Assembly (NCBI GenBank): GCA_016186715.1
Contig: JACPLA010000021.1
Location: forward strand, 640 to 64,639
Direction of reading: 5' to 3'
DNA from: Ignavibacteriales bacterium
GTDB taxonomy: Bacteria > Bacteroidota > Ignavibacteria > UBA10030
Length of the DNA: 64,000 nucleotides
Part shown: one piece after another, positions 48,544-63,206 of the stretch
Layout: each line of letters starts with the position of its first letter
Position numbering within the stretch: position 1 is the first letter of the stretch
Notes under the pieces: model-generated
Told to the model about the DNA's origin: nothing
Databases searched by the model: none
What the model saw: only the letters and a program-made list of their open reading frames with translations
Translations under genes and position numbers: made by a program

Positions 48544-49225
48544 CGGGGCTCCGGACACTCCAGAACGAGGTCATCGGCTGTACCCGCTGCCCGCGTCTCG
48601 TACAGTGGAGAACCAGGGTCGCGACGGAAAAGACGAGACGTTTTCAGGACTGGAATTATTGGGGGAAGCCTGTTCCCGGATTCGGCGATGCCAGGGCTCG
48701 TTTGCTGATTGTCGGCCTGGCCCCTGCTGCGCATGGCGCCAACCGAACGGGCAGGATGTTTACCGGCGACCGGAGCGGCGATTGGCTGTATCGGGCTCTT
48801 CACAAGGCCGGCTTTGCCAGCAAGGCTCATGCCGAGTCCTGCAATGATGGACTCGTACTCAGAGATTGCTACATCACCGCTGCAGTGCGATGCGCTCCCC
48901 CGGCGAACAGGCCGACACCACGGGAAATTCAAAACTGCAAGACGTTTTTGATCCGGGAACTCACGCTTCTGCGTCGCGTGCGCGTGATCCTCGGCCTCGG
49001 GAGGATCGGCTTTGTTGCGGCATTCAAGGGCTGCCGCGAAGCCGGCCTCACTGCCTCAAAGATCATTCCGCGGTTCGGTCATGGAGTCCGTGTGAGCCTG
49101 AACGCGCACCTTACACTCATGGGATCCTTTCATCCCAGCCAGCAAAACACCTTCACGGGAAAACTAACGGAACCGATGTTCGATTCCATATTTCACCAAG
49201 CGAGGATTCTTCTCCGTAAAGAACT

Positions 49226-49229
<4 letters not shown>
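48540..49229 (+). CDS. Uracil-DNA glycosylase, family 5 (UdgB-like)
   Basis: C.RCPRL, GLAPAAHGANRTGRMFTGD.SG, RCAPP.N.P, HPSQQN. Confidence 0.93.
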
Positions 49230-52716
<3,487 letters not shown>

Positions 52717-52728
52717 TCCGCCTGACCG

Positions 52729-53574
52729 ATGAGAGTCCTTGTCCCTGTTGCCGGTCTTGTTCTCTTTCTTTCTTCCCCCCTGCTTTCCCAATGTTCAGAT
52801 GCGGGTGTGTGTTCAATCGGCCCTCGGACGCTCGAACCCGGGCATTCTGTTTCTGCACACTACACCTTTGGCTCCAGCGGATCTCCTGACGATCTCACGG
52901 TTCATACAGTCGATGTGAGCGGATCTTTTCGCATCCTCGAAAACTCCCGGCTCTCGGTGAAACTCCCCTACAGCGCCCAGTCCGGACCTCTCGGCTCGGT
53001 GCAGGGGATTGGAGACGTGACGATCCTTTGGGATCAACTCGTTTTTCCCGACGAACCGTTCACCGTCCGGATTACGGCAGGCGGAAAGATCGCCACAGGT
53101 TCCGTCAAAAATGGAAATCTGCCCCAGGCCTATCAAAGCGGACTTGGTACCAACGATGTCCTTGTCGGTGTGAGCGTCGAGCGCAACCTATGGAACGCAT
53201 CGATTGCCTATCAGATCTCCAGAGGGAGAAGCGACAATCCTCGCGATCGCCTGAGGCGAGGCGATGATATGCTCCTCCGCGCGGGCTACGCGGTGCAATT
53301 TGATGCCTGGAATGCCGGCGCAGAAGTCCTGCTTATCCGACGCCTAAGAGAGTCGAGCATCCTCGATTCGGTGCTCGGACAGCCTGAATCATTCGTCAAC
53401 ATCCGCGGGAGCGACCAGACGCAAATCAATCTTCTGGCAAGAGCGGGTCTGCCCGTTTCAGAGAGCATCGAACTCCGCGCCGTCACGGCAATCCCCCTTC
53501 TTCAACGAAAGAACAATATCGACGGCCTCAAGAGGGCGCTCACTCTTTCGGCCGGACTCGCTTATTCCTTTTGA
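52729..53574 (+). CDS. Hypothetical outer-membrane beta-barrel (MetA/transporter-like)
   Basis: Signal peptide, QCSDAG.C, GIGD, Q.GLGT.D, C-terminal Y.F. Confidence 0.6.
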   Translation: MRVLVPVAGLVLFLSSPLLSQCSDAGVCSIGPRTLEPGHSVSAHYTFGSSGSPDDLTVHTVDVSGSFRILENSRLSVKLPYSAQSGPLGSVQGIGDVTILWDQLVFPDEPFTVRITAGGKIATGSVKNGNLPQAYQSGLGTNDVLVGVSVERNLWNASIAYQISRGRSDNPRDRLRRGDDMLLRAGYAVQFDAWNAGAEVLLIRRLRESSILDSVLGQPESFVNIRGSDQTQINLLARAGLPVSESIELRAVTAIPLLQRKNNIDGLKRALTLSAGLAYSF

Positions 53575-53578
53575 CCCC

Positions 53579-54562
53579 ATGAGAAACGTCCTCGTGACCG
53601 GCGGCACGGGATTCATTGGATCGAACCTCGCTGCCGCTCTCGTACGGGAAGGCCACAACGTTCGCATCCTGAGACGGGCCTCCTCCGATCTTCGAGCCAC
53701 CGGGAGCATCGACGCGGACTACATCATCGGAGATGTCAGGGATCCGGATTCCGTCCGCAAGGCGATCAAAGGATGCGATACAGTGTTCCATGTTGCGGCC
53801 CTCGTTTCGTATTGGAAACGGCGCCGGCAGGAATTGTACGATATCAATGTCGGTGGGACTGCAAATATTGTTCAGGCCTGTCTTGAGTATGGAATCGAAA
53901 AGATGGTGCATACAAGCTCCGTCGCCGCCGTTGGTTTCGCCGGCAATCGCGTCCTGGCGAATGAGTTAACCGAATTCAACTGGGACGCGCATGATGTTGG
54001 GTACAGAATTTCGAAGTCCCGGGCCGAACGGGAGGTCTTGAGGGGCGTAGAACGGGGACTCCCAGCCGTCATCGTCAACCCGTCGGTCGTGGTCGGAGAG
54101 CGGGATCTTCATTTCAACGGAGGACAAATCATCCGTGACGTCTACCGGAAGCGCATCTTCTACGACGTTCGCGGCGGATTCAGCATCGTGTACGTCGGAG
54201 ATGTCGTAAAGGGACATCTCGAAGCCGCACGCCGGGGGCGCATCGGTCAACGATACATCCTTTCAGGAGAAAACCTGACCCACAGGGAGATCCTGTCAAT
54301 CACGGCCGACGTTGTAGGTGGATTCAAACCCTTGTTCCGACTTCCCCTTTGGATGACCAAAGGATTGGCCGCAGCCTCCGAATCCTTCGGGAACCTCGCC
54401 AACAGGAAACCCTGGATCACAAGAGAGTTGGTCGCGGGGATCGGGCTTACTGTCTGGTTTTCCTGTGAAAAAGCAAAACGCGAACTGAATTATTCTGTCA
54501 CGCCATTCCGAACCGCCGTTCGGCGCACATTCGAGTGGTACAGGAACGAACAGATGCTCTGA
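53579..54562 (+). CDS. NAD-dependent epimerase/dehydratase (HpnA/dihydroflavonol reductase-like)
   Basis: [29 protein letters not shown]. Confidence 0.88.
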   Translation: MRNVLVTGGTGFIGSNLAAALVREGHNVRILRRASSDLRATGSIDADYIIGDVRDPDSVRKAIKGCDTVFHVAALVSYWKRRRQELYDINVGGTANIVQACLEYGIEKMVHTSSVAAVGFAGNRVLANELTEFNWDAHDVGYRISKSRAEREVLRGVERGLPAVIVNPSVVVGERDLHFNGGQIIRDVYRKRIFYDVRGGFSIVYVGDVVKGHLEAARRGRIGQRYILSGENLTHREILSITADVVGGFKPLFRLPLWMTKGLAAASESFGNLANRKPWITRELVAGIGLTVWFSCEKAKRELNYSVTPFRTAVRRTFEWYRNEQML

Positions 54563-54570
54563 CCGCCTTC

Positions 54571-55860
54571 ATGAAAACATCACGATCGAAAAAACTCTTC
54601 GCCAAGTCCCAGAAACTTCTTCCCGGGGGCGTCAACTCGCCCGTGCGCGCCTTCAAATCGGTCGACCGAGACCCCCTTTTTATCGCCCGGGCCAAGGGTC
54701 CGTCCGTCTGGGATGTAGACGGAAATCGGTTTATCGACTATGTCGGATCGTGGGGACCGATGATTCTTGGACACGCTCATGCCGGGATACTTCGAGCTGT
54801 CCGGCAGGCGGCTGAAAAAGGAACGAGCTTTGGAGCTCCCACGGAGCGCGAAACTCTCCTGGCGGAGCTGATTACGAAGGTTGTTCCGTCCATTGAAATC
54901 GTGCGGATGGTAAATTCCGGAACCGAAGCAACCATGAGCGCCATTCGCCTTGCGCGTGCATTCACCGGAAAGGAAAAGATTATCAAGTTCGAAGGTTGTT
55001 ACCACGGCCATGCCGATTCTTTCCTGATTAAGGCGGGCTCGGGAGCCCTCACGTTAGGGACACCTGACAGCCCAGGCGTCCCTGCGGCAACCGCCTCGGG
55101 AACGCTGAGCGCTCCATTCAACGACCTCGCGTCAGTTCAGCAGCTCGTCGATCAGTGGAAGGGCGAAGTTGCAGCTCTGATTGTTGAACCGGTCGCGGGC
55201 AACATGGGTTGTGTCCCACCCGGAGCCGGATTTCTGCAGGGGTTGAGGGATCTGTGCAGCAGGGAACATATCGTTCTGATCTTCGACGAAGTGATGACGG
55301 GATTTCGCGTGGCTCCGGGAGGAGCTCAGGAGTTATACAGCGTGCGGCCCGATCTCACAACGCTTGGGAAGATCATCGGCGGCGGGCTGCCCGTCGGAGC
55401 TTACGGAGGAAAGAAGGAAATCATGAATCTTGTATCCCCGTCGGGACCTGTCTACCAGGCAGGCACGTTGTCGGGCAACCCGCTGGCAATGGCTGCCGGT
55501 CATGAAATGCTGAGAACACTTTCGAAATCAAAATCCATTTATAAGAAACTCGAGTTTTTGGGGAAGATCCTTGAAGAGGGAATGAACGATCATCTGAGGA
55601 AGGTCGGCCTGCCCTACTGCCTGAACCGTGTCGGGTCGATGTTCACTCTCTTCTTCACCGAGAGGGAAGTCGTCGACTTCGGATCGGCGAAGTCGTCGGA
55701 TACAAAGCGATTCGCAGCGTATTTCAATCGGATGCTCGAACAGGGGGTCTATCTTCCGCCATCGCAATTCGAAGCCGCTTTCATCTCCGCAGCTCACACG
55801 GAGAAAGATCTGGAGCGGACCATCACAGCGTTCAAGAAGGCCGTCATGCCCGTCGGTTAA
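54571..55860 (+). CDS. hemL: Glutamate-1-semialdehyde 2,1-aminomutase
   Basis: [50 protein letters not shown]. Confidence 0.97.
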   Translation: MKTSRSKKLFAKSQKLLPGGVNSPVRAFKSVDRDPLFIARAKGPSVWDVDGNRFIDYVGSWGPMILGHAHAGILRAVRQAAEKGTSFGAPTERETLLAELITKVVPSIEIVRMVNSGTEATMSAIRLARAFTGKEKIIKFEGCYHGHADSFLIKAGSGALTLGTPDSPGVPAATASGTLSAPFNDLASVQQLVDQWKGEVAALIVEPVAGNMGCVPPGAGFLQGLRDLCSREHIVLIFDEVMTGFRVAPGGAQELYSVRPDLTTLGKIIGGGLPVGAYGGKKEIMNLVSPSGPVYQAGTLSGNPLAMAAGHEMLRTLSKSKSIYKKLEFLGKILEEGMNDHLRKVGLPYCLNRVGSMFTLFFTEREVVDFGSAKSSDTKRFAAYFNRMLEQGVYLPPSQFEAAFISAAHTEKDLERTITAFKKAVMPVG

Positions 55861-55882
55861 AACCGACGGCTCGATTCTGGCG

Positions 55883-55909
55883 AATCCCCCAAAAGACGGG
55901 GATTTTTTT
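55883..55909 (+). terminator. hemL terminator
   Basis: AATCCCC...GGGGATT then T run. Confidence 0.7.
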
Positions 55910-55927
55910 GTTCCCTAGACAACAACA

Positions 55928-55994
55928 TTGTAGAGTCCGGTCCGCGACCGGACACGAAGGCTTGTGAGGTCCGATTACGAATCGGACTCTACAA
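55928..55994. repeat. REPIN-like doublet of GTAG-type REPs
   Basis: TTGTAGAGTCCG...CGGACTCTACAA terminal IR, each arm with an internal GTCCG..CGGAC hairpin. Confidence 0.75.
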
Positions 55995-56211
55995 GGCGTC
56001 GGATTTGAGCCAAAGGCTCATTCCCGCCAGCCTAAGTCCGGGCCTGATGGAGGCGGGCTGGCGCCTCTGGCGAATATCCGATGCCGTGCCTCCGGCACAG
56101 CCGCGCTTTGGAACTCCGTGCTTCGCCTTCCGATGCTCCCAAAGGAACAAAAGCAAAGGCCATGCTGATCGCTCAAGATGGCCTTTTGTACACGATAGTT
56201 TCTGAAAACCG

Positions 56212-57660
56212 TTACCGGACTTCTCCCTGTAATGCCGGGGACGACGCCGTCCGGGCGCCGAAAATCCCCCCGGGCGTGGTTACTGTGATGGTCACCGAAA
56301 ACGGATAGGGCGGCGGGCCTGTTGGAGTGGCATTGGGATCTTTTGAGATGTTGACGCTGAAAGATGTCCAGAACGAAGACTGGGTATCTGGGATGGTATT
56401 ACTAGGCGAGACTCTGGAAACAACTGCAGGTGCACCGCCGGTCACTTCGACGGCAATTGTGCTTCCACCCGCTACAGGGTTGAGATTTAGGTCATATACC
56501 GTGAAGGTTATTGTCGCCTGGGTTGTGGAATCGACCACGATGGGCGGACCCGGGGAACTCGTGATCGCAATAATCGGATCGGCCGAAAAGAGATGAGGGA
56601 TGGAATCCAGGACCTGAACTCCGTTTTCCCCGAGCGTTCGTGCAGTGACCTGACCGAAGCCATCCGGCGAGAAAGGGTTTCCTGAAATTATGGTAACTGT
56701 GGCAAATCCTTGCACGTTAGTTTGTCCCGAGTTGGTCGTAATCACGCCCTGGGTCGTCGTGAAGTACACGGCCGTTCCCGGCTGTACCGGATTCCCGAAC
56801 CTGTCTCCAACCAGAACCGTAATCCCGCCTGTGCCTCCGATGTATCCATAACCAAAGACATTTCTTGGATTTGCTCCAAGGGAGAAATGTGCCTGATCCG
56901 GTAGGCCTCCGTGAATGAGTATCCGCACAGGGCTTGAAACAACCTGCTGGCCGTCGGTATCCCGAGTCAGCGAAGCGGTGAGTTGAAGTGTCCCGGCAAT
57001 TGTTCCACTGTTCACAACGGTTGCAGCGCGGCCTGCTGAATTTGTGAAGGCCGACGTCGGAGAAACATATGCGCCGCCCGCTACAGGGACTCCCGTAATC
57101 GAAAAGTTGATCGTGTCTGCCACGGCGGATGTGATGGGAAAGCCAAGCGAGTCCCGGGCCTCGAATGTGAGAATAGCGCTCTCGGTTCCGCCCACCCCAT
57201 AGATTGCCAGCTGGACACTCCCACTGACGTACGCAATCGTATTTGCGTAGCCGCTTCCCGGCGCCGGGGGCGGAAGAATTGTCGTGGTATCCCGTTGGAG
57301 CTGAAAATCCTGCGTCTGAGATGCGCCGGGAACCAGTGAGACAACTCTACTAGCGGACCGATATCCGCTCTTGCTTAAGTTCATGGTACCGGAGGCCGCA
57401 TTACTGTCGGGGAGATCTATCGTAAAGTTGTACGACCCGTCGTTTGCCGAAGTTGTATTATAGGTTTGACTGGCAGTTGTCAACCCAATCGCTACCGCGG
57501 ACAGCGGGAGAGCGGTCCCCTGTTCGGAAACTACGCCCGTAACGATTGCGGTGGTCGGAGTCGCCCCCAGCGGACCCGTCGGTTCGTCCTTCTTGCAGCT
57601 CAGAAGGACAATCAGGACAAGAGGCACCACTTTGGTCAGAGCTCTCAGCGTGAAATTCAT
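56212..57660 (-). CDS. Lipoprotein with carboxypeptidase-regulatory-like and Ig-like (Big-1) domains
   Basis: Lipobox LLSC, Thr/Gly-rich beta repeats, D.FGNPV..GT.V.FTT. Confidence 0.75.
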   Translation of the reverse strand: MNFTLRALTKVVPLVLIVLLSCKKDEPTGPLGATPTTAIVTGVVSEQGTALPLSAVAIGLTTASQTYNTTSANDGSYNFTIDLPDSNAASGTMNLSKSGYRSASRVVSLVPGASQTQDFQLQRDTTTILPPPAPGSGYANTIAYVSGSVQLAIYGVGGTESAILTFEARDSLGFPITSAVADTINFSITGVPVAGGAYVSPTSAFTNSAGRAATVVNSGTIAGTLQLTASLTRDTDGQQVVSSPVRILIHGGLPDQAHFSLGANPRNVFGYGYIGGTGGITVLVGDRFGNPVQPGTAVYFTTTQGVITTNSGQTNVQGFATVTIISGNPFSPDGFGQVTARTLGENGVQVLDSIPHLFSADPIIAITSSPGPPIVVDSTTQATITFTVYDLNLNPVAGGSTIAVEVTGGAPAVVSRVSPSNTIPDTQSSFWTSFSVNISKDPNATPTGPPPYPFSVTITVTTPGGIFGARTASSPALQGEVR

Positions 57661-57732
57661 ATCTCGTTCCCTTCGATGAATTCGTACAGGAAACAATTTC
57701 CTCATTGCAGCGAAGTTTCTCTGTGACACCCG

Positions 57733-59037
57733 TCAATCCTTCCCGCTTTGCGAGCGTTTCTTGATGTCTAGTCGCCCTTCTTTCAGGCGTTCTTCAATCA
57801 CATTCCGGGCTTTTTGGGTGACCCGTTCCTCCAGCGTCGGTACAAGGTCAGCCCTTAAAAGTACGATCAGTTCCTTTTTGGTCACCTGCTGCCGGTCGTA
57901 TCCGAAAATGTACCGAAGACCTAACACCCACCAGGGGAGATCTTTGAGGATCGGAATCCCTTCCCTCACAATGTTCTCATCGTTGAGAAAAAGTCCTCCT
58001 ACATAGTTTTCTTCCCCATTCAGAAGAAGAAGCTTGCTCTCTGCTTTGGTTTTGTTGATACGCGACGTCGCAGGGTCGATCAACGAGCTCCGTTCGACCG
58101 AAAGGGAGATGTCAATGAAATCCATTCCGTCATAGGTATAAACCGTGGGGGTCACCTCAAGGATCGTCCCGGTGCTGACAAATGTCTCGGTAATGTCCCC
58201 CGAAATTGTCCGTTGTTTCACAGAAAAATCTTCGCCAACCTGAACCCTTCCTTTGATCCCCGACCGAACTGAGACCTGTGGGCGGGCTATTACTTCACCA
58301 ATGGCATTGGACTCGAATATTTTCAGCGCCGAGGTTATATCCACCTCCAGCTGGCCCTGCGCTGTGCTCGCTGTGACGCCGAAAATGTCGCTGCTCACCC
58401 GGCCCGAGCCCTGAAATTCAACCCCCAAATTCCAGTCGGTCGCACTCGACCGGAAAATCGAGAAGCTGATTCCGGACTCACGGAGCTTTGAAGTGTTGAT
58501 CTCGAGGAAGATCGCCGAAATCGTTACCTCACGCTCCTTCGCGAGGGCTGCTGCAGAGTCGGCTGCAGTAAGCGTCGGGAATCCCGTGATGGGCTGAACA
58601 GGACGCACTCCGGTCTCCGGCACTGGTTGCTGCGGTGTTGGTTCAACTCCCGGTGGCGTTCCCAGAGGAACTCCCTGCGGGGTCACAAGCTGGAAATAGT
58701 CCGGCAGTTCCCGGTACCAAATCCCGTTGGAACGAAGAATAGTCTCCAGGGCGGTTCGCCACGGCATCTCGATAATGTCCACGCCGATTTTCTTTCCCGT
58801 GAAATATTCTCCCGCAAAGACGATGGGCTTGTTGGTCAGCTTTTTGGACAATTCGCTGAGGGAAAGGAGCGCCTGCTCAACATCCATGTCGCTCTTGAAC
58901 GAAACGATTTCCTGAGGATCGATGCCGACTTTCCCCCGCTCCGCCCGCCTCAGAAGCATTTCGTCCCGAACCTGCGCATCGACGTCGGTAACAAAGATCA
59001 GAACGCAGAGGCACGCAATCATCATTCGTAAGTTCAT
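57733..59037 (-). CDS. Secretin (PilQ/GspD family)
   Basis: ARPQ..V, G.D, TG.ILEVTP, GGL, GIP.LKDLP...LRY.FG, EL.VLL; start moved to MNLRMM. Confidence 0.85.
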   Translation of the reverse strand: MNLRMMIACLCVLIFVTDVDAQVRDEMLLRRAERGKVGIDPQEIVSFKSDMDVEQALLSLSELSKKLTNKPIVFAGEYFTGKKIGVDIIEMPWRTALETILRSNGIWYRELPDYFQLVTPQGVPLGTPPGVEPTPQQPVPETGVRPVQPITGFPTLTAADSAAALAKEREVTISAIFLEINTSKLRESGISFSIFRSSATDWNLGVEFQGSGRVSSDIFGVTASTAQGQLEVDITSALKIFESNAIGEVIARPQVSVRSGIKGRVQVGEDFSVKQRTISGDITETFVSTGTILEVTPTVYTYDGMDFIDISLSVERSSLIDPATSRINKTKAESKLLLLNGEENYVGGLFLNDENIVREGIPILKDLPWWVLGLRYIFGYDRQQVTKKELIVLLRADLVPTLEERVTQKARNVIEERLKEGRLDIKKRSQSGKD

Positions 59038-59053
59038 AACTACCTCTTTAGGT

Positions 59054-59935
59054 TTATCTCCGCCCAAACTGAATTTGCTTTTCGACCTTGCGGATGATTC
59101 CGCCCTCGTCGAGGATGAATTCGATCCTGCTCTCCTGCGGGACAATCTTACTGACATATCCGCGCCAGACACGGTCTCCCAAATGAAGAACCTGCAGCTC
59201 GTTTTCGTACAGGATAAACGCCTTTCCGGGTAACACAGCCTTTAAGTCGACATTATCGGCGTTGATCACGCCCACGGGGGCGTTCGACGCCAACGCCTGC
59301 AGAATCAGCGGGTTGAATGGATCAAACGGGGCACGGGCCAGCCCAAGTGCTTTTGCCGCCAGGGAACTCGCCAGCTCGGGAATTTTGGAGTAGTAGGCGT
59401 GTAATTCCATTGTAAAGGCAATCCACTTCTTTGTCTCGTTCGTCTCCGGATCCACCTGCTCCTGCTGTTGGAGGTTCAACGTGTTGATCTTGTATAGTTT
59501 CTTCCCGTTTTCGAGATAATAAACAAACTTGTAGAGATTACTAAATGGGGCCTCGCCGTCCTGGAGAAGATAGATATTATATCCCCACCTCGCGAAATCG
59601 CGGGGCCCGCCGTAGATCATGTTGAACGTCAGAAACCCGGCTTCGTCGATTCCACGGCTCATGTACGCGTACGTCTGCGAAGTGATATCGGTCGGCGGAA
59701 TTTCCTTGCTGCGCGAGTCGTATTTCCGCTTGACGTCAAAATACTGCTCCGTGAGCGTCTTCACCTGTTCGATGAGGAAGGGCAACTCCTGAAGCTCACG
59801 CTCCAGACTTCGAATGTCCCGCACGGCGGTGTCCAACTGGCGGGGCTGAATAAAGAACCAATAGACGAACCCGCCGCCCGAAATCAGCAGGAAGAAGACA
59901 CCCAGAACAACCGTATTGCGAAGTTTAAACGACAT
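59054..59935 (-). CDS. PilO-like type IV pilus alignment protein
   Basis: N-terminal TM, coiled coil, F..LY.F...LE...KL; DPF.P in C-terminal part; operon position. Confidence 0.65.
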   Translation of the reverse strand: MSFKLRNTVVLGVFFLLISGGGFVYWFFIQPRQLDTAVRDIRSLERELQELPFLIEQVKTLTEQYFDVKRKYDSRSKEIPPTDITSQTYAYMSRGIDEAGFLTFNMIYGGPRDFARWGYNIYLLQDGEAPFSNLYKFVYYLENGKKLYKINTLNLQQQEQVDPETNETKKWIAFTMELHAYYSKIPELASSLAAKALGLARAPFDPFNPLILQALASNAPVGVINADNVDLKAVLPGKAFILYENELQVLHLGDRVWRGYVSKIVPQESRIEFILDEGGIIRKVEKQIQFGRR

Positions 59936-60062
59936 GAGGTCTCCTTAGTCCTTCGATTCACAAAGCCGACAACGAATTTGTTCACTCAGGACTAAGTGCT
60001 GAGTGAGCAATTTCCCGAATGTTCCGCCACTTATACGTTACCGGAATTGCGAACCGAAGCAC

Positions 60063-61667
60063 TTAGCGCCCGGCCACTGGTCGCGGCGGAACTGCAAACT
60101 GGGCCCTATCGATCTGGTCAACCTGCAAATCGAACTCGTACACAATCTTCTCCCGGATCGTTCTCGTGCGAACCGCCTTCAGGGTCGCTTTTTCGAACAA
60201 GCTTGCCAGGCGCGGGATCCGTGTCCGGTAGATCGACCGTCCACTGATCACAAGCGCGGTAGGATTCCCCGCGTCCTGCTGAATCTGATAAATCCAGAGA
60301 GAATTCAGGTCTTCGACACTGTTGGAAAGATAATGAAGAATCCGGCTCCAGCGATCGCCGCCCGGCGCGATTGAATCGTACACCTGCGCAGCCGTCGAAA
60401 ACCGCGCGATGCCGGCCGTCAGCGTGTCCCTCTGCTGCCGCAAAACAACAAGGTCGCTGAACTCGGTCTGCCGCCTCTTCAGCAACTCCTGGGCCGCTCT
60501 GATTTCCTGGTTTCTCGAAATGATGGAAGTGTAAAAGAACACGATGGAAACCATGCTGAGGACAGCCAACAGCCACCCATGCCAGGCCAGCTTGAAAGCC
60601 TTCTGCTCTTCAAGAATCGAAGTCGGGATCAGGTTAACATCGTAAAAACCCGGATGCGCGGGCTGGAGCAATCTCCATGCCGTTGCAAGCGGAACGGAGT
60701 ATTCCGAAAGGGCCTCGCCCACCGATTCCTCGAACATGCTGAGGTCAAGCTCGCTCGAAGTCAGGTATTCTACGGCCGAACTGCTAAACTGAGGAGCCAG
60801 CGCCTCGCGCAGGTTCACCTTGTGCCCGTCGCCTGCCAGCAGGATGCGGTCGATCCGCGCAAGGGCTATGTTATCCTGCTCCAGGAGAATACGACTGTAG
60901 AGCGTATTTTCGATGTTCGGGGAGTTATATCCTTCGCTGATCACGGGGGCAAAATGCAGATAGTTGCCCCCCTGCATAAAGATGAGACGCGTAAACTCGT
61001 TGCCGACGTACGCGATAACGGAAATCTCTCCCTCTTGGAGCTGATAGCTGGCCCGGACGAAATTCATCAGCGCAACATCCGCACTGTCGATGATGCGGAG
61101 GTTGGGCAAACGGTTCCCTATGAACGGTTTGATTTCGAGGAGAACGTCGTACAACTTGAGTCCGTCTTCGCGCGTGACGGAGAGCAATCCCCCGGTGGAT
61201 GTGGGGATCATGTCGAGGCCGTCGAGGGCAGGAGGCGCCGAGCGCATCGACGACAATTCCTGCACAAGCTGTTTTTTCAGCTTGAGACCTTTCAGTCCGA
61301 AGTCGGTTTCGAATTCATGGTAGGTGACTGCCGGCTCACTCAGGGTAAAGGCGAGGTCGTATTTGGTGGGTGGGATGTCTCCTATGGTGGCCAGGAGAAC
61401 GGATGCGTTCGTGTTGCCTTCTCCGCCCCCCGCTTCCGTAGGCGGAGGAGCGGCGAATGTCTCTGTTCCCAAATCCCCGAAACCTGCTGCTTCTTCCGGC
61501 TCAACGCCGGCGGCCGCTTTTTCTTCAAACTTCTGAACCAGCGCGACCGTTTTGAAATCTCTCAACTGAACTGTGCTGCCCCTGAGGGAAAGCTGGACAT
61601 ACTTGAGTTCGAGGCCATCGACAAACAGGGCAACCGCCGTTTTGCCTTGGCCGGCCTGGTATGGCAT
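60063..61667 (-). CDS. PilM-PilN-like fusion protein
   Basis: Actin-like N-terminal region, then NLIP motif, TM helix, coiled coil, W...L..L...W, ISG.S. Confidence 0.7.
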   Translation of the reverse strand: MPYQAGQGKTAVALFVDGLELKYVQLSLRGSTVQLRDFKTVALVQKFEEKAAAGVEPEEAAGFGDLGTETFAAPPPTEAGGGEGNTNASVLLATIGDIPPTKYDLAFTLSEPAVTYHEFETDFGLKGLKLKKQLVQELSSMRSAPPALDGLDMIPTSTGGLLSVTREDGLKLYDVLLEIKPFIGNRLPNLRIIDSADVALMNFVRASYQLQEGEISVIAYVGNEFTRLIFMQGGNYLHFAPVISEGYNSPNIENTLYSRILLEQDNIALARIDRILLAGDGHKVNLREALAPQFSSSAVEYLTSSELDLSMFEESVGEALSEYSVPLATAWRLLQPAHPGFYDVNLIPTSILEEQKAFKLAWHGWLLAVLSMVSIVFFYTSIISRNQEIRAAQELLKRRQTEFSDLVVLRQQRDTLTAGIARFSTAAQVYDSIAPGGDRWSRILHYLSNSVEDLNSLWIYQIQQDAGNPTALVISGRSIYRTRIPRLASLFEKATLKAVRTRTIREKIVYEFDLQVDQIDRAQFAVPPRPVAGR

Positions 61668-61714
61668 TTACTGTTGAGCCCTCTGTCGTGATCGGATGTG
61701 GTGACAGTGTACCA

Positions 61715-63049
61715 TCAAGCCTCCGCCGCGCCCTGCACTTGCAGGAGCTGCTGAATCCGGCGTTTGTTATTTGCGTAGTTGAGCGCGTTCTCGAGCGAAA
61801 TTCTCTTTCCCATGTACAGCCGCTTCAGGTCCTGCTCCATGGTGATCATTCCGAGCTCGGATCCCTCCGATATCATCTGATAGATTTCACTCGTGTTATT
61901 ATTCTTGATCGCCGCCCGCACCGAGGGCGCACCAAGAAGAACCTCACGGGCGAGAACGCGTTTCCCGTCGAGACTGGGGACAAGTTTCTGGGAAAGGACA
62001 CAGCGAACCGTGTCCGCCAGACGGTTTCTCACACGTTCTTGTTCGATCGGCGGAGTTTCACCGATAATCCTGTCAATACTCTCCACCGCCGACGCCGTGT
62101 GGAGCGTCGAGAACACCTTATGCCCCGAGTCGGTGATTTCCAGGGCAGTCAGAATCGTTTCAGGGTCGCGGAGCTCACCGATCATGATGATGTCCGGATC
62201 CTGGCGCAGCGCCTGGATAGCTCCCTCTTTGAAGGAAAGGACATCTCTTCCTACTTCACGGTGACGGATAATGCAGCGGTCCGACTTGTGAACATATTCG
62301 ATCGGAGAAGCAATGATGACGATATGGCCGTCAACACTGTGGTTGTTCGCATCGATAATCGAATCAAGTGTCGAGCTTTTGCCAGAACCAGTGATACCGG
62401 TGACGAGACAGAGTCCCTCTTTCGTATGGGCCAGGCTCAGGACTTTCAGAACATTCGCGTGGAGATCAAGTCCTTTGATTGAGCGGACCGAATTGTTGAT
62501 GGCGCGCATGTTGAGCGCCAGTTGGTCCAGATCGAAGTACGCATCGGCGCGAAACCGCCGGAATTCCCCGCCTTCCTGAAAAAGCATATGCGAAAAATCA
62601 AGATTCCTGTTTTCATAGAGAAAACTTCTCTGCCGGTCCCCGATCACGCTCTGAATCAAAACGTTCATGTCGTCCGGGGAATACTTGCCAAAAGTCGGAT
62701 CCGGCTTCTTGTTTCCGAACACTCTGTACCATACATAACCCTGGGAGCCGTACCCCCCCATATCGATATCCGACGCGCTGTTCGCGAACATCCGGCCGAG
62801 GAAATGGTTGATCGTATTCCTCAGTTTTTCTTTCTGCCCTTCATCCATTCGGCCCAGAATATCGCCAATCATCATCTGGCGTTCGAGGCCCAGGACGGTC
62901 TTAGGCAGTTGCGCCGTCGAGTCGTTGAGGATTTTCCTCGCCTCGGCGAGAACCGGAGAGTGGTCAAGGGGCGCGGCGGGAGCTTGCACGGAGGGGTTTT
63001 TTGGGGGTGCTGCCGCTTGGGCTTTCTGATCCTGAGCTTGCACAGCCAT
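61715..63049 (-). CDS. pilT: PilT/PilU family retraction ATPase
   Basis: GITGSGKSST, PIEYVH, REVG.D..SF, ALRQDPD.I.IGELRD.ET, STLHT; GGAGG SD. Confidence 0.88.
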   Translation of the reverse strand: MAVQAQDQKAQAAAPPKNPSVQAPAAPLDHSPVLAEARKILNDSTAQLPKTVLGLERQMMIGDILGRMDEGQKEKLRNTINHFLGRMFANSASDIDMGGYGSQGYVWYRVFGNKKPDPTFGKYSPDDMNVLIQSVIGDRQRSFLYENRNLDFSHMLFQEGGEFRRFRADAYFDLDQLALNMRAINNSVRSIKGLDLHANVLKVLSLAHTKEGLCLVTGITGSGKSSTLDSIIDANNHSVDGHIVIIASPIEYVHKSDRCIIRHREVGRDVLSFKEGAIQALRQDPDIIMIGELRDPETILTALEITDSGHKVFSTLHTASAVESIDRIIGETPPIEQERVRNRLADTVRCVLSQKLVPSLDGKRVLAREVLLGAPSVRAAIKNNNTSEIYQMISEGSELGMITMEQDLKRLYMGKRISLENALNYANNKRRIQQLLQVQGAAEA

Positions 63050-63206
63050 TACAGCCTCCAAAAGGCGTTTGACAGTGGGGGAATTAAGAAACAGCTCACT
63101 TCCACATGAGCCCGATAATAAGAAACTACAGGCGAAAATGCAACTCCCTTAAAGGAAAAAATGCGACGGATTGTGCTTTTCCAATGATTTCAACCCTGAA
63201 CCCCAT

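Noticed and set aside
60579..62482. 370-aa and 273-aa + strand ORFs
   Set aside because: Antisense to pilMN-like and pilT genes
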